Shown here piece after piece: positions 9,497-19,072 of a DNA stretch of 54,758 bases (the stretch's first letter is position 1; every line of letters begins with the position of its first letter). Origin of the DNA: a virus. Its lineage: Duplodnaviria; Caudoviricetes. A model generated the notes under the pieces. The model did no database searches. It saw only the letters and a list, made by a program, of their open reading frames with translations, and was not told where the DNA came from. Position numbers and translations under genes: made by a program. The stretch covers positions 1 through 54,758 of IMG/VR virus record IMGVR_UViG_3300048631_000451; one strand, given 5' to 3'.

Positions 9497-10781
9497 TTGA
9501 TAAATACCCTTGCTGAATTGCAATTTGAATGGCTTGTTGTTCTGACAAATTTTTATTGGCTTCCATAAATTTAGCAATCACTCCTTTTGCATCTACACCA
9601 TCAATATGACTTGTGTATTTGACTGTTCCCGCTTGCTTTTTATTTGATTTTTCTGGAGAGCTACTTTTCCCGTAGATGCTGTCTAATTGTTCCATCTGCT
9701 TTTGAAACTGAGTCTCTACACCTGCGATCGCCTGTTCTTTCGCTTCTCCTTCTAATGGAATAGGCGCCCCTTTTCCAGATTCAACATCTGCTAACGCTTT
9801 TGCCTTGGACTCAAGCAATTGCATCTTAGCTTTTCTATATTCAGCTTCTTTGGCGTCATTAGCTTTAGATTGAGGGCTGGTTCGAATGCCCATATTCGCA
9901 TTCAATTGCATACCAAGACGATCGTAATACTCTGGCCGTTCCATCATATCTGCCATTGTCGCAGCAGAATTGATCGTTCCGATAAGTTCTTTTGGTGTGA
10001 AAGTTAGAACAGGATCATCGCTTTGTGATGTTCTGCCTTTAGTCATGGGTTTGACTTCTTTAGAGCCATTTTCATATGTAACTTCTAAAGCCAATGCAAC
10101 ACGGCCTTCTTTATCTTCAACAGGCACAAAACCAGCGAAATTAACATCTGCGATTTTTGCACCGACTAACTTATCAAAATGCCCAACAGATGAATTAATT
10201 TTCTCTTTGAAAACGTTATTGAATAACTTGATTGAGTCGGGTTCGTTTACTTTAGAAAGCTGGCCCGTTTTGATTGCTTCTCCCATAACACTGTGTAGTT
10301 GCTTAACGCTTTCACGTAAAGCGGGATCTGTATATCGTCTTGGATCTTTCGTTGGATTTCGCTTAAATACTTCTTCTAATGCTTCTGGTACTTTCCCGTA
10401 TTCACGAAAAGCTTGCCAACCTAGCGCTATATCACCTTGATCTTTTTTCCAAGTATCTTGTTGAGTTTGGTAATTTTGCTGCCATGTAGTTTCAGCAGCA
10501 CGCTGTTCTAGTGATTTATTGCGATAGTCATTCATTGACCTAAGCGTTGCTTTTTGATGTTCATTGTTTTGCTTTGCCTGCTGATTTCTAAATGCCACAT
10601 CTTCTGCACGCTCCGCTTTTCTTTGTTTGTCTAAATCAGCTAGTCGCATCTGTCCTTGCTGATATCGTTCCTCATTTCGCTTATCTAAATCACTTAAACG
10701 CTGTTCATTGAATTGACGAGACTGATGGCGCTCCATCATGTTGAAGCCCTTTAACGCGCCATCTACGAATGCACCTGCCAT
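9486..10781 (-). CDS. Putative ejection / DNA transfer (internal virion) protein
   Basis: 431 aa, N-terminal A/G-rich helix then Q/R-rich coiled coil; GGGGGAG RBS; position in the ejection module. Confidence 0.65.
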   Translation of the reverse strand: MAGAFVDGALKGFNMMERHQSRQFNEQRLSDLDKRNEERYQQGQMRLADLDKQRKAERAEDVAFRNQQAKQNNEHQKATLRSMNDYRNKSLEQRAAETTWQQNYQTQQDTWKKDQGDIALGWQAFREYGKVPEALEEVFKRNPTKDPRRYTDPALRESVKQLHSVMGEAIKTGQLSKVNEPDSIKLFNNVFKEKINSSVGHFDKLVGAKIADVNFAGFVPVEDKEGRVALALEVTYENGSKEVKPMTKGRTSQSDDPVLTFTPKELIGTINSAATMADMMERPEYYDRLGMQLNANMGIRTSPQSKANDAKEAEYRKAKMQLLESKAKALADVESGKGAPIPLEGEAKEQAIAGVETQFQKQMEQLDSIYGKSSSPEKSNKKQAGTVKYTSHIDGVDAKGVIAKFMEANKNLSEQQAIQIAIQQGYLSNEQ

Positions 10782-10790
10782 AACTCCCCC

Positions 10791-11027
10791 TTATAAAGAA
10801 CCTGCAGCAAAACCAATTACAGCACCAATAGCAGTGCCCCAGCCTGGCATTATCTGTGTGCCAATCATTGCGCCGGTTGCAGTGCCGCTCATTTGCGAAT
10901 TTTTTTGCGCCTGATCAGCTTGGTCATTTGCTACTTCTCGGTTTTGCTCCATATCTGAGAGCGTTTTGAGTGACTGAGTTGATTTGGCCTTAGTGCTTTG
11001 GCCTGCGTTCATAATTGAATAAGACAT
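10791..11027 (-). CDS. Small virion/ejection protein with glycine zipper
   Basis: C-terminal GTATGAMIG..PGWGTAIGAVIG; overlaps the upstream stop codon. Confidence 0.7.
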   Translation of the reverse strand: MSYSIMNAGQSTKAKSTQSLKTLSDMEQNREVANDQADQAQKNSQMSGTATGAMIGTQIMPGWGTAIGAVIGFAAGSL

Positions 11028-11476
11028 TAGACGTTTCCTATATCAGCAAGCGTGCTTGTAGCACCACCTTGACCAGTTAGTATTTTGTTTTGCAGATCAT
11101 CCACTGAACTGCGTGTTTCATTATTGACAGATGCCGTTGTGAGGCTTTTAAGCAGGTTATTATTGTTATTATCTTGCTTGCTGTTTGCTGCGTTAACACC
11201 AAAACGTGCTAGCTGCCGATCCTCGCTTTCTTTAGCAATCTTGAAGTTGCTATTAATGTTCTGCTCATTTCGTTCAAGCTGCTCTGTTAATAGCGAATCA
11301 TCCGTTGCTAACGAAAATAACTTTTCCTGCACAGGAAGGTATCGCTTTTTATAATCTTCAAATTGCTGACGAGTTAAATCCGCTAACGCATCTTGATACC
11401 GACCTGTGCGTATTTGGCTTGAATCAACTGCATAAAGATCGAATGGGTCATCTGTTGTTGCTGGTGTGTCTGCCAT
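11027..11476 (-). CDS. Putative ejection-module protein
   Basis: 149 aa, GGAGA RBS, helical, in operon context. Confidence 0.65.
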   Translation of the reverse strand: MADTPATTDDPFDLYAVDSSQIRTGRYQDALADLTRQQFEDYKKRYLPVQEKLFSLATDDSLLTEQLERNEQNINSNFKIAKESEDRQLARFGVNAANSKQDNNNNNLLKSLTTASVNNETRSSVDDLQNKILTGQGGATSTLADIGNV

Positions 11477-11487
11477 GGTGTTATCTC

Positions 11488-12144
11488 CTAAGTTGTTCTT
11501 GTTGCATTGATATTGCTATCGTCGAGCAAGCTACTGTTAGTAGTTGCGTTATAGGTGATTGTGTTGGCATTGTTTGCATTTACAGCGGGCTGATTCTTGT
11601 AGTAACTAGCCCCTGCGCCTGCAATCGCACCAGCAGCACCAAGTAAGTTGTCACTTTGCTGTTGTGAGATGCTTGCATCATTAAAGGCTTTACGCTGTGA
11701 GCTTTGTGCAATGTCCGTTAAGGTCGCTGTTGCTTCTTGAGATTGACCTTGGCCCATCGCCATTACATTGCTCATTTTGTCTATATAGCGTTCTTGCCCT
11801 GCTACCTGTGACCGTGCTGTGGTGTCACTCGATACAACTGATTGCTTGTCGCTTAAGTCGCTTAACGTACCTTTAAATTTACCTGAATTTGGATTGACAC
11901 CACTTGCAGCTAAATTCGTGGCGGTGTTTGTTCTTGCATTAGTGAATGCTTTTTGGCTACCAAGGTTTGCACTTTCAGCAATGTCTGAATAAACACTTCC
12001 ATCATTCGCTTCTTTAGCGTCATCAATAACCATATTTTCAAATGGAACTATGCTGTCTTGATAGTAAGCCCATTCCTCTGCGTAGACTTTTGCGAGCTCC
12101 TTTTCGTACTCAGTCTCTTTAATATCCCCGCCTGATTTACTCAT
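11488..12144 (-). CDS. Putative ejection-module protein
   Basis: 218 aa, MSKSGG start typical of internal virion proteins, GVNPNSG motif and C-terminal Gly/Ala stretch; ATGA overlap with the upstream gene. Confidence 0.7.
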   Translation of the reverse strand: MSKSGGDIKETEYEKELAKVYAEEWAYYQDSIVPFENMVIDDAKEANDGSVYSDIAESANLGSQKAFTNARTNTATNLAASGVNPNSGKFKGTLSDLSDKQSVVSSDTTARSQVAGQERYIDKMSNVMAMGQGQSQEATATLTDIAQSSQRKAFNDASISQQQSDNLLGAAGAIAGAGASYYKNQPAVNANNANTITYNATTNSSLLDDSNINATRTT

Positions 12145-12566
12145 GCTTTACAAACCTCTAAAAAATGCCGCCAGACAACTAAACCGTCACGCACACAAAC
12201 TCGACGCCAACCATAAGCCGGTGCGACTTTATTAAAACCTTTACGTGCTGTTGAAAACTCTATGAAGGATGCCCGGCCACACTTGGCAAGGCGAATGATG
12301 TGATAGAGATACCGGTTGATTGCATCGCCCCCATGACAAGAAGCAACGCACACTTGGATATACTCATGTTTCATTTGCGAACGCGGCCTCAAAACAACGA
12401 AGCCATCGGGCGCCACAAACAAAAAAGCCCACTCATTTGAGCAGGCTTTATCTATTTCATTGAACAAGTTGGGTTCGTTCGCCGTGTTACCTATTCGCGT
12501 TATTGGCTCTTTAAGCCGGTCACGGTGGTTGGCCCATGACACACACTGCAGATACGATTTGTCCAT
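12141..12566 (-). CDS. Conserved phage protein, possibly GNAT-like (first gene of the ejection module)
   Basis: 141 aa with DGFVVL..and F.TARKGF..VA..GW pattern. Position matches acetyltransferase-like genes that precede podovirus ejection genes. Confidence 0.55.
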   Translation of the reverse strand: MDKSYLQCVSWANHRDRLKEPITRIGNTANEPNLFNEIDKACSNEWAFLFVAPDGFVVLRPRSQMKHEYIQVCVASCHGGDAINRYLYHIIRLAKCGRASFIEFSTARKGFNKVAPAYGWRRVCVRDGLVVWRHFLEVCKA

Positions 12567-12575
12567 TATGTAAAA

Positions 12576-12604
12576 ATACTAACCTATATTGGGGGGTTTT
12601 GCCA
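12576..12604 (-). promoter_or_regulatory. Second copy of the late (PR'-like) promoter: TGGCAA-N17-TAGTAT with ACCCCCCAAT in the spacer
   Basis: Shares the -10 box, spacer length and spacer element with 36788-36816; fills the short gap between the needle gene and the ejection module. Confidence 0.7.
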
Positions 12605-15600
12605 TTAACTAATCGTTGATCCATCTTTGAAGGTTTGGCAGATAATGCTTTGCGCCGGAGCGTTAACGGTCTGCGTTCCTTCCGTTGATGTCTTCTTGAT
12701 TTTTAATGTTACTGTCCTACTAGAGTTCGCTGGTATTGTTGCCGCTAATGTTTTGGTTACCGCAGTTCGCGTTCCATCATCACCACTAAATGCATGCGTG
12801 TATGAATCTTGTGCGCCGCTGAAACCTGATACATATAACAATACCTCAGCTTCTGGCGCCGCACTAAAACCATGACTACCAATAATCTTAATTCCACTTA
12901 CAGTAACACTTCGAGCAAATGGCAAACTTGCAATTGTAAAACTGATCACCGTGTATTCTTGGCTATGAGTTGTCGCATTTACGTTAGATGATGTTTTCAC
13001 TCTTAAATCAGTTACATCACCCTCTATGTTTGCAGCGTAAACGGTTCCATAGAAACTCGCATTATTACCAAACAAAGTGTTGATATAAGCCTGATCTATT
13101 TGTGCACTGCCAATTGCACCATTTGCAATATATGTACTAACATTTGAGCTCAGGATTTTACTAAGTCCAGCAAACGGGCCTAGCACGGGTTTTCCTGTTA
13201 TCTCGTCATAATCCAAGTAGCCTGTTAACTCATTGAAAGAGAGCGAATTTTTTGCCGCTAGAGTTCCAAGCGTAGGTTTCCCTCCCAACTCATTGTAATT
13301 TAATGAATTTTTACTTGCAAATGTCCCTAGTCCTGTCACTTTAGATGATGGTATAGCCCCTGTAGACGACATAACTACATTGCCACTACTATCTTTTATA
13401 GTGACTGATTCAAGAGTTGCGCTTTTAGCTAGCATATTACCATTAGGATCAATCGAGAAATTGTTACTTCTTGCTCCCGTACTTGGATTATAGTTTATAG
13501 ATGGAGAGCTTAACTGAGAGCCTACAACTACACGGTTTGATAGCAACTCATCGGTAACTAAGCTTTGAATAAATGCTTGGTCAATTACTGCCGTATTTAT
13601 AACTGTCTTGCCGTCAGAAACAGCAAATACAGGAGTTAAGTTAGTAGAATCTTGATCTGTTATAACAGCAAACTTCGCGCCCTTCACCGCAAATATAGGT
13701 TCCACACCATCATTTACAAGGCCAATACTAGACTGCAAGCCGTTAACATTCGTTTTAACTCCCCAAAGCGATGAAAAAACACCTTCGTTTGTCGCGACTG
13801 TTTGACTAAGTGTTTGCAGGCTAGCGCCAACGCTTGAACCGTTAGTATCTTCAATTTGTGATTTTAACGTTGTTGTTGCAGTGCTAATAGCGTTGTTTGC
13901 TGCTGTTTTTGTATAGTAGTTGTTGTATAAATCCGCGCCTATGCTGCTACCAGCCTGATCTTCTATGGTGCTTTTTAATTGCGTTGTCGCATTGCTTATA
14001 GCACTATCTGCAGCCGTTTTTGTGTAATAATTGGTTTTTAAGTCCGACACCAAGAAATCGATATCACTATCAAAACTAGACTGAAGAGCATTGATTGCTG
14101 AGCTTATGGCGCCATCTGTAGCAACTTTCGTGTAATAATCAGACACTAGCATTGCTTGGTTGCTATCGATGTTAGATTTTAAAACTTCTGATGCTTCGCT
14201 TATTGCTGCATCCACTTCCACAGTGGTTGAATAATTAACCTGCAAGTCTGATTCAAGATCATCAATAGTCGAATTTAAAAGCGTTTTAGCTTCGCTAATT
14301 ACAGCGTTCGTTTCTGCCTTTGTTAAGTAGTTAACAAATAAATCAGCACCTATGCTGTCGCCGCTTGGGTCCTCGATTACGTTTTTCAATTGCGTTGTTG
14401 CTGAGCTAATGGCGCTATCAGCTGCGGCTTTCGTGTAGTAGTTCGTTTGTAAATCAGCGCCGATACTATCACCATCAGGATCTTCCATCGCTGCACGCAA
14501 AGCAAGATCAGCACTTGCAATTGCTTCGTTTACACTAGCGCTTGTAAGGTAGTTGTTTATTAAATCTGCTTTAACGTCACCTACATCACTATCAAGCTTT
14601 AATAAGTCTTGTGCTGTTGCTTGCGCCTTTGTAGCAAACGCTGTTTGCAGTTGGTATAAGCCTGCGTTGCTTTCATCTATAGCCGCATTCAAAGCAAAAA
14701 CACTTTCAGACAGAGCAGTTTGCTCATTAGCAAGCACACGCTGATTGAGGATTAAGTCAGCCTCGGCAAATATCCGTCTTTCACCTTCTAAGTCATTAGC
14801 AAGCGCGTTTTCGATAATCGCTTGTGCACTTGGTTCAAACTCGGCTCTTAACTGTTGGCTGGTGCTTGCACTGGCTTCTACTGCGTCCGCTTTTGTTTGA
14901 AAATCATTAAAGAGCGTAGCGCCTAAGCTATCCCCGTCTGGATCTTCAATTTCACTTTTTAACGCAGTGGTTGCCTGGCTAATGGCTGTGTTGGTTTCTG
15001 CCGTAGTTGAATAATTAACTTGTAAGTCTGCATGTATTTCCTCTTTAATGCCCTGATCACCATCTTCAATATCTTGAGTTAGTGAAGATCTTAGCGCTGT
15101 TGTCGCATTTGTTATGGCACTGCTTGTTTGAGACTTCGTGAAAAAGTTTTCATATAAATCAGCATTTGCATCATCAATATTTGACTGTAACTGTGTTGTT
15201 GCATCAGCAATCGCCTGATCCGTTATTGTCTTGGTGTAGTAGTTAACTTGTAAGTCAGCGCTTATTTCATCAATAACAGTCTGGTCACCGTCAGAAACCA
15301 ATTGGCTAAGCGTTGAGTTTAAGGCTGTAGTTGCGTCGCTTATTGCGCTATCTGTCGCCACTTTTGAGTAATATGAATTAAATAAGGTAGCACCTAAACT
15401 CTCACCTTCAGGATCTTCAATTGCGGCTTTTAGTAATTGGTCCGCCTGCGTAATAGAACTATCCGTTTCTGTTTTAGTGTAATAGTTTTGGTCTAAACCT
15501 GCGTTAATTAGCCCAATATCAGTTTCAACGTCGGATCGAAGCGCCGTTACCGCAGAACTTATAGCGCTGTCAGCATTCGCTTTCGTGTAAAAATTTTCGT

Positions 15601-18600
15601 AAATATCAGCACTCACGCCATCTATTGATGATTGAAGTTGCGTGTTTAATTCACTTAAAGCGCTGTCAGTATCTGTCTTAGTATAATAATTTAACTGTAA
15701 GTTCGCTCCTACACTATTTCCATCTGGATCTTCAATTAAACTTCTTAACGCTGTCGTTGCGCTTGTTATCGCTTCGGCTATCGTTGCCGATGTGTCATAG
15801 CTGTTCAATAATGTTGCTGATACGCCGTCTATAGATGACTCTAATCGCGTAACCTCTTTAGCTGTCGCCAAAGCAGTTCCAGCAAACGTTTCTTCAAGCC
15901 TGTATAATTCTGCTTGGCTATCTCCAAATTCGGAGCGTAGTGCAAATATAGATTCAGCAATAGCCCCTTGTTCGTCAACAAGCGCTTGTTGTTTGGATAT
16001 TATTTCTGCTTCAAATAGAAGTCTTTGGCTGTTTGATTCATCATTTGCCAACGCATTTTCAATCGCAGCTAGGCTTAACGGGTCCATTTCAGCCCTGATC
16101 TGTGTATTTAACTCAGCAAGTGCACCGTCTGTATCGGTTTTGGTGTAATACTGAGTAAACAGCTCAGCGCCTAGGCTGTCACCGTTAGGGTCTTCGATTT
16201 CACTTTTTAGCGTCGTTGTGGCTTGAGCAATCGCACTATCAACAGTCACATTCGTATAGTAATTACTTTGTAAATCTGCAGTGACTGCTTGCAGTGTTTC
16301 GATATACCCATTATCAATGGCTTGGTTTAGTTCTGATCTCAACGCTGTAACACTATTTGCAATTGCTTCATCAGCACCAGCAATAGTGTAAACACTATCA
16401 AAAATACTGGCTTCTAAATCATCAATGCTGCTACTCAGTTGAAGGGACGCTTCGCTTATAGCGTTGTCTATTTCTGTTTTTGTCGAATAGTCGCTTATTA
16501 ATATAGCGCCAATGCTATTGCCTTCTGGATCTTCTATTTCACTTTTTAAAAGCTGCGTTGCCTGGCTTATAGCGCTATCTGTTTCAATGCTTGTGAAATA
16601 GTTGTTTTGTAAGTCTGCGGAGACTTCGCCTATATCGCTATCTATTGCTGAACCCAACACGGTTACTGCTGTACTTATCGCGCTGTCTGTTTGTGATTTT
16701 GTGTAGAAGTTTTGGTAAATGTCAGAACTTGTGCCGTTTATGCTTGATTGTAGTCGCGTTTCAGCTTGGCTTATGGCTTCTTCAGTATCAACCTTTGTAA
16801 GATAATTTGTTTCTAAGAATGCTTTGTTTTCATTTATCGTACTAAGTAGTTGGAACGTGCTTTGTGCATTTGCTGCCAAGCTATCTGAAAATGATTTGGT
16901 TAACTCTGTTATGCGAGCGCTACTGTCATTGAATTGCGACTCAATAACAGTTAATGACTCTGCAAGCGCTTTTGTCTCATCCGTAGTAACTTGCTGTTGC
17001 TGTAGAATGTTGGCCGTTATAACTTGTTGTTTGCTGTGTGCTTCATCATTAGCTAGCGCATTATCAATAACAGCTTGTGCCAGCGGGTCAAACCGGCTGT
17101 TCAATTCAAAAATAGAGCGCGATATAGCGGCTTCGGTATCTGCCTTCGTAAAGTAGTCAGTGAAAAGCGTTGCGCCTAAGCTGTTCCCTTCTGGATCTTC
17201 AATTTCTGACTTGAGCAATTGCGATGCTGTAGTGACTGCTTCGTTAGTTTCTGCTTTCGTAAAATAATCACTGGTTAATGTCGCACTTATCTCACCGTCA
17301 ATTTGTGATTTTAACTGTGTAGTAGCTTGGCTAATTGCACTATCAGTTTCAGTGATGGTGTAATACTGCGTGTCTAATGTGGCCTGTATGCTACTTTCAG
17401 TGTCTTGCCCTGCTATCTCAATGGCAGACTCAAGATTTGTGGTTAGTTGGCTTAGAGCGCTATCCGTGTCCGTTTTTGTGTAGTAGTTTGTTTGGAGTGA
17501 AGCCCCTAAACTATCCCCTTCTGGATCTTCAATCATTGCCTTAAGCTGAATACCATAAGCAGAGATAGCACTGTCAGTTTCGACGCTTGTATAATAATCA
17601 TTATTAATTAAAGCGCCCAAGCTATTACCGCTTGGATTTTCGATTTCAGCCTTTAGTTGCTGAGCGAATAGACTAATAGCACTATCGGTATCAACCTTCG
17701 TGTAATATTGCGTATTGAGTAGGGCCCCTACACTAGTACCTTCAGGATCTTCGATTTCTGCCTTAAGCTGATTTCTTGATGTTGCTATCGCCTGATCAGT
17801 GGTCGCTTTTGTGTAGTACGTATTTGATATGTCACCGCTTAATGATGTGCCATGTTCTTCAATTTCTACACGTATTGTTTCCGCTGCAGCAGCAATAGCT
17901 TCATTAGCTTCTGTTTTGGTTAGAAATTCGGCCTCTATCCGAGCGCTCATGTTATTAAGTTCAGACTCAAAAAGAACAAACTTAGTCGCGTTATTTTGCC
18001 AATTCTCGTCGTTAATAAGAGCCGCATCTATTAACTGTCTTGCTAAATCGTCATTACTTATTTCAATTGATTCAACTCTGTTTTTAGCTTCATCGGCGCT
18101 CTGTTTAGCATTTTCAGTTTCAACGTTTAAAGCATTGATCGAGTTGTTAATGTTAGGTATTTCTACTTGTATATTGCTAACGGCACCTTGAATACTAGGT
18201 ATATCAATTAAAAATTGGTCTACGTTCTCACGCAAAGCGGGAATATCAATTTTAAACTGGTCAATATCAGTCTTTAACGCAGGTATCTCTACAAGACTAA
18301 CTTTATCAAGATCTGATCTTAGCTCTGGAATATCAATAAAAAACTGGTCGACATTGGTGCGTAACTCAGCAATATCAATCTCAAATTGGTCAATATCGAC
18401 TTTTAGTGCGGGTATTTCATCTAAAACTATACTGTCTATTAAGTTTTCAATATCAGGTATAGAATCGATAGCAGAAGTAAGGAAGTCACCTAAATGTGAT
18501 TTTTCAATCAAGCCGCCAATTTCATCCAAGATCATAGCAGCTGATTCTTGTGTTACCACTTTCAAGCCAGCTGCGCCCTGTGTCGGTCCTTTCATATCTG

Positions 18601-19072
18601 CGACATTTACAAAGCGAACCCAATAATAATATTCAGCCCCCATACTAACTGAATCACTAAATACATCGGCTACTTCTGTCGCAATAAGTACAGCACTGCT
18701 AAATGAGTCGGTTTCACTTCGCCAAATTTCAGCATAAGCATGGCCGCGATACGTTGGAGCATCCCAAGTAAGCGCAATAAAAGTAAAGCCGCCAGTCCCA
18801 GTTAAATTCACTGGTTTATGAGGACGCTCTACGCCTCCAACTTTGATAGGTAAGCCACCTCCATTAGTGTTACCACTTGTAGCGCTTTGGCGCAGGGCTG
18901 CTATTTTCATCTGCTCAAGATTTACCAGATCTTTAACTAATAACGCTCTGTTTTGTCCATCGCCACGCTGCCCGGTAAGTAACTCTATATTTTCAGCTAA
19001 AGCGCTTTGCGTTTGTTTTCCGCTTTGTCTGCCAATGCCAGGGAAATCACTTCTTTTTAGCTTCTTTGCCAT
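12605..19072 (-). CDS. Giant tail needle / host-specificity protein (FnIII-like N-terminus, long repeat stalk, DUF1983/J-like region, C-terminal beta-rich tip)
   Basis: LTWDAPTYRGHAYAEIWRS..YYWVRFVN (FnIII-like); GLVNDG..FAV..FAV and VFAV.DGKTVIN.A.I..A.I (J/DUF1983-like). Follows the nozzle gene. Confidence 0.8.
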   Translation of the reverse strand: MAKKLKRSDFPGIGRQSGKQTQSALAENIELLTGQRGDGQNRALLVKDLVNLEQMKIAALRQSATSGNTNGGGLPIKVGGVERPHKPVNLTGTGGFTFIALTWDAPTYRGHAYAEIWRSETDSFSSAVLIATEVADVFSDSVSMGAEYYYWVRFVNVADMKGPTQGAAGLKVVTQESAAMILDEIGGLIEKSHLGDFLTSAIDSIPDIENLIDSIVLDEIPALKVDIDQFEIDIAELRTNVDQFFIDIPELRSDLDKVSLVEIPALKTDIDQFKIDIPALRENVDQFLIDIPSIQGAVSNIQVEIPNINNSINALNVETENAKQSADEAKNRVESIEISNDDLARQLIDAALINDENWQNNATKFVLFESELNNMSARIEAEFLTKTEANEAIAAAAETIRVEIEEHGTSLSGDISNTYYTKATTDQAIATSRNQLKAEIEDPEGTSVGALLNTQYYTKVDTDSAISLFAQQLKAEIENPSGNSLGALINNDYYTSVETDSAISAYGIQLKAMIEDPEGDSLGASLQTNYYTKTDTDSALSQLTTNLESAIEIAGQDTESSIQATLDTQYYTITETDSAISQATTQLKSQIDGEISATLTSDYFTKAETNEAVTTASQLLKSEIEDPEGNSLGATLFTDYFTKADTEAAISRSIFELNSRFDPLAQAVIDNALANDEAHSKQQVITANILQQQQVTTDETKALAESLTVIESQFNDSSARITELTKSFSDSLAANAQSTFQLLSTINENKAFLETNYLTKVDTEEAISQAETRLQSSINGTSSDIYQNFYTKSQTDSAISTAVTVLGSAIDSDIGEVSADLQNNYFTSIETDSAISQATQLLKSEIEDPEGNSIGAILISDYSTKTEIDNAISEASLQLSSSIDDLEASIFDSVYTIAGADEAIANSVTALRSELNQAIDNGYIETLQAVTADLQSNYYTNVTVDSAIAQATTTLKSEIEDPNGDSLGAELFTQYYTKTDTDGALAELNTQIRAEMDPLSLAAIENALANDESNSQRLLFEAEIISKQQALVDEQGAIAESIFALRSEFGDSQAELYRLEETFAGTALATAKEVTRLESSIDGVSATLLNSYDTSATIAEAITSATTALRSLIEDPDGNSVGANLQLNYYTKTDTDSALSELNTQLQSSIDGVSADIYENFYTKANADSAISSAVTALRSDVETDIGLINAGLDQNYYTKTETDSSITQADQLLKAAIEDPEGESLGATLFNSYYSKVATDSAISDATTALNSTLSQLVSDGDQTVIDEISADLQVNYYTKTITDQAIADATTQLQSNIDDANADLYENFFTKSQTSSAITNATTALRSSLTQDIEDGDQGIKEEIHADLQVNYSTTAETNTAISQATTALKSEIEDPDGDSLGATLFNDFQTKADAVEASASTSQQLRAEFEPSAQAIIENALANDLEGERRIFAEADLILNQRVLANEQTALSESVFALNAAIDESNAGLYQLQTAFATKAQATAQDLLKLDSDVGDVKADLINNYLTSASVNEAIASADLALRAAMEDPDGDSIGADLQTNYYTKAAADSAISSATTQLKNVIEDPSGDSIGADLFVNYLTKAETNAVISEAKTLLNSTIDDLESDLQVNYSTTVEVDAAISEASEVLKSNIDSNQAMLVSDYYTKVATDGAISSAINALQSSFDSDIDFLVSDLKTNYYTKTAADSAISNATTQLKSTIEDQAGSSIGADLYNNYYTKTAANNAISTATTTLKSQIEDTNGSSVGASLQTLSQTVATNEGVFSSLWGVKTNVNGLQSSIGLVNDGVEPIFAVKGAKFAVITDQDSTNLTPVFAVSDGKTVINTAVIDQAFIQSLVTDELLSNRVVVGSQLSSPSINYNPSTGARSNNFSIDPNGNMLAKSATLESVTIKDSSGNVVMSSTGAIPSSKVTGLGTFASKNSLNYNELGGKPTLGTLAAKNSLSFNELTGYLDYDEITGKPVLGPFAGLSKILSSNVSTYIANGAIGSAQIDQAYINTLFGNNASFYGTVYAANIEGDVTDLRVKTSSNVNATTHSQEYTVISFTIASLPFARSVTVSGIKIIGSHGFSAAPEAEVLLYVSGFSGAQDSYTHAFSGDDGTRTAVTKTLAATIPANSSRTVTLKIKKTSTEGTQTVNAPAQSIICQTFKDGSTIS
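13850..18050 (-). repeat. Intragenic degenerate tandem repeats (YYTKxxTDSAISxAxxxLKxxIEDPxGxSxGAxL) with a higher-order period marked by I[DE][AN]AL[AI]ND
   Basis: More than 20 degenerate copies of the YYT/YFT/YST unit in the translation; marker motif near 18020, 17055, 16050 and 14800. Confidence 0.9.

Noticed and set aside
9497-9577. N-terminal extensions given by the ORF track (also at 710-832, 21068-21145, 26307-26351, 39819-39884, 43705-43746, 49545-49583)
   Set aside because: They overlap upstream genes or terminators; downstream ATGs have a better RBS or coupling and match family N-termini
13850-18050. CRISPR-like array (recurring GGATCTTC/TAGTA motifs)
   Set aside because: Repeats are in-frame protein repeats with synonymous variation and irregular spacing; no cas genes
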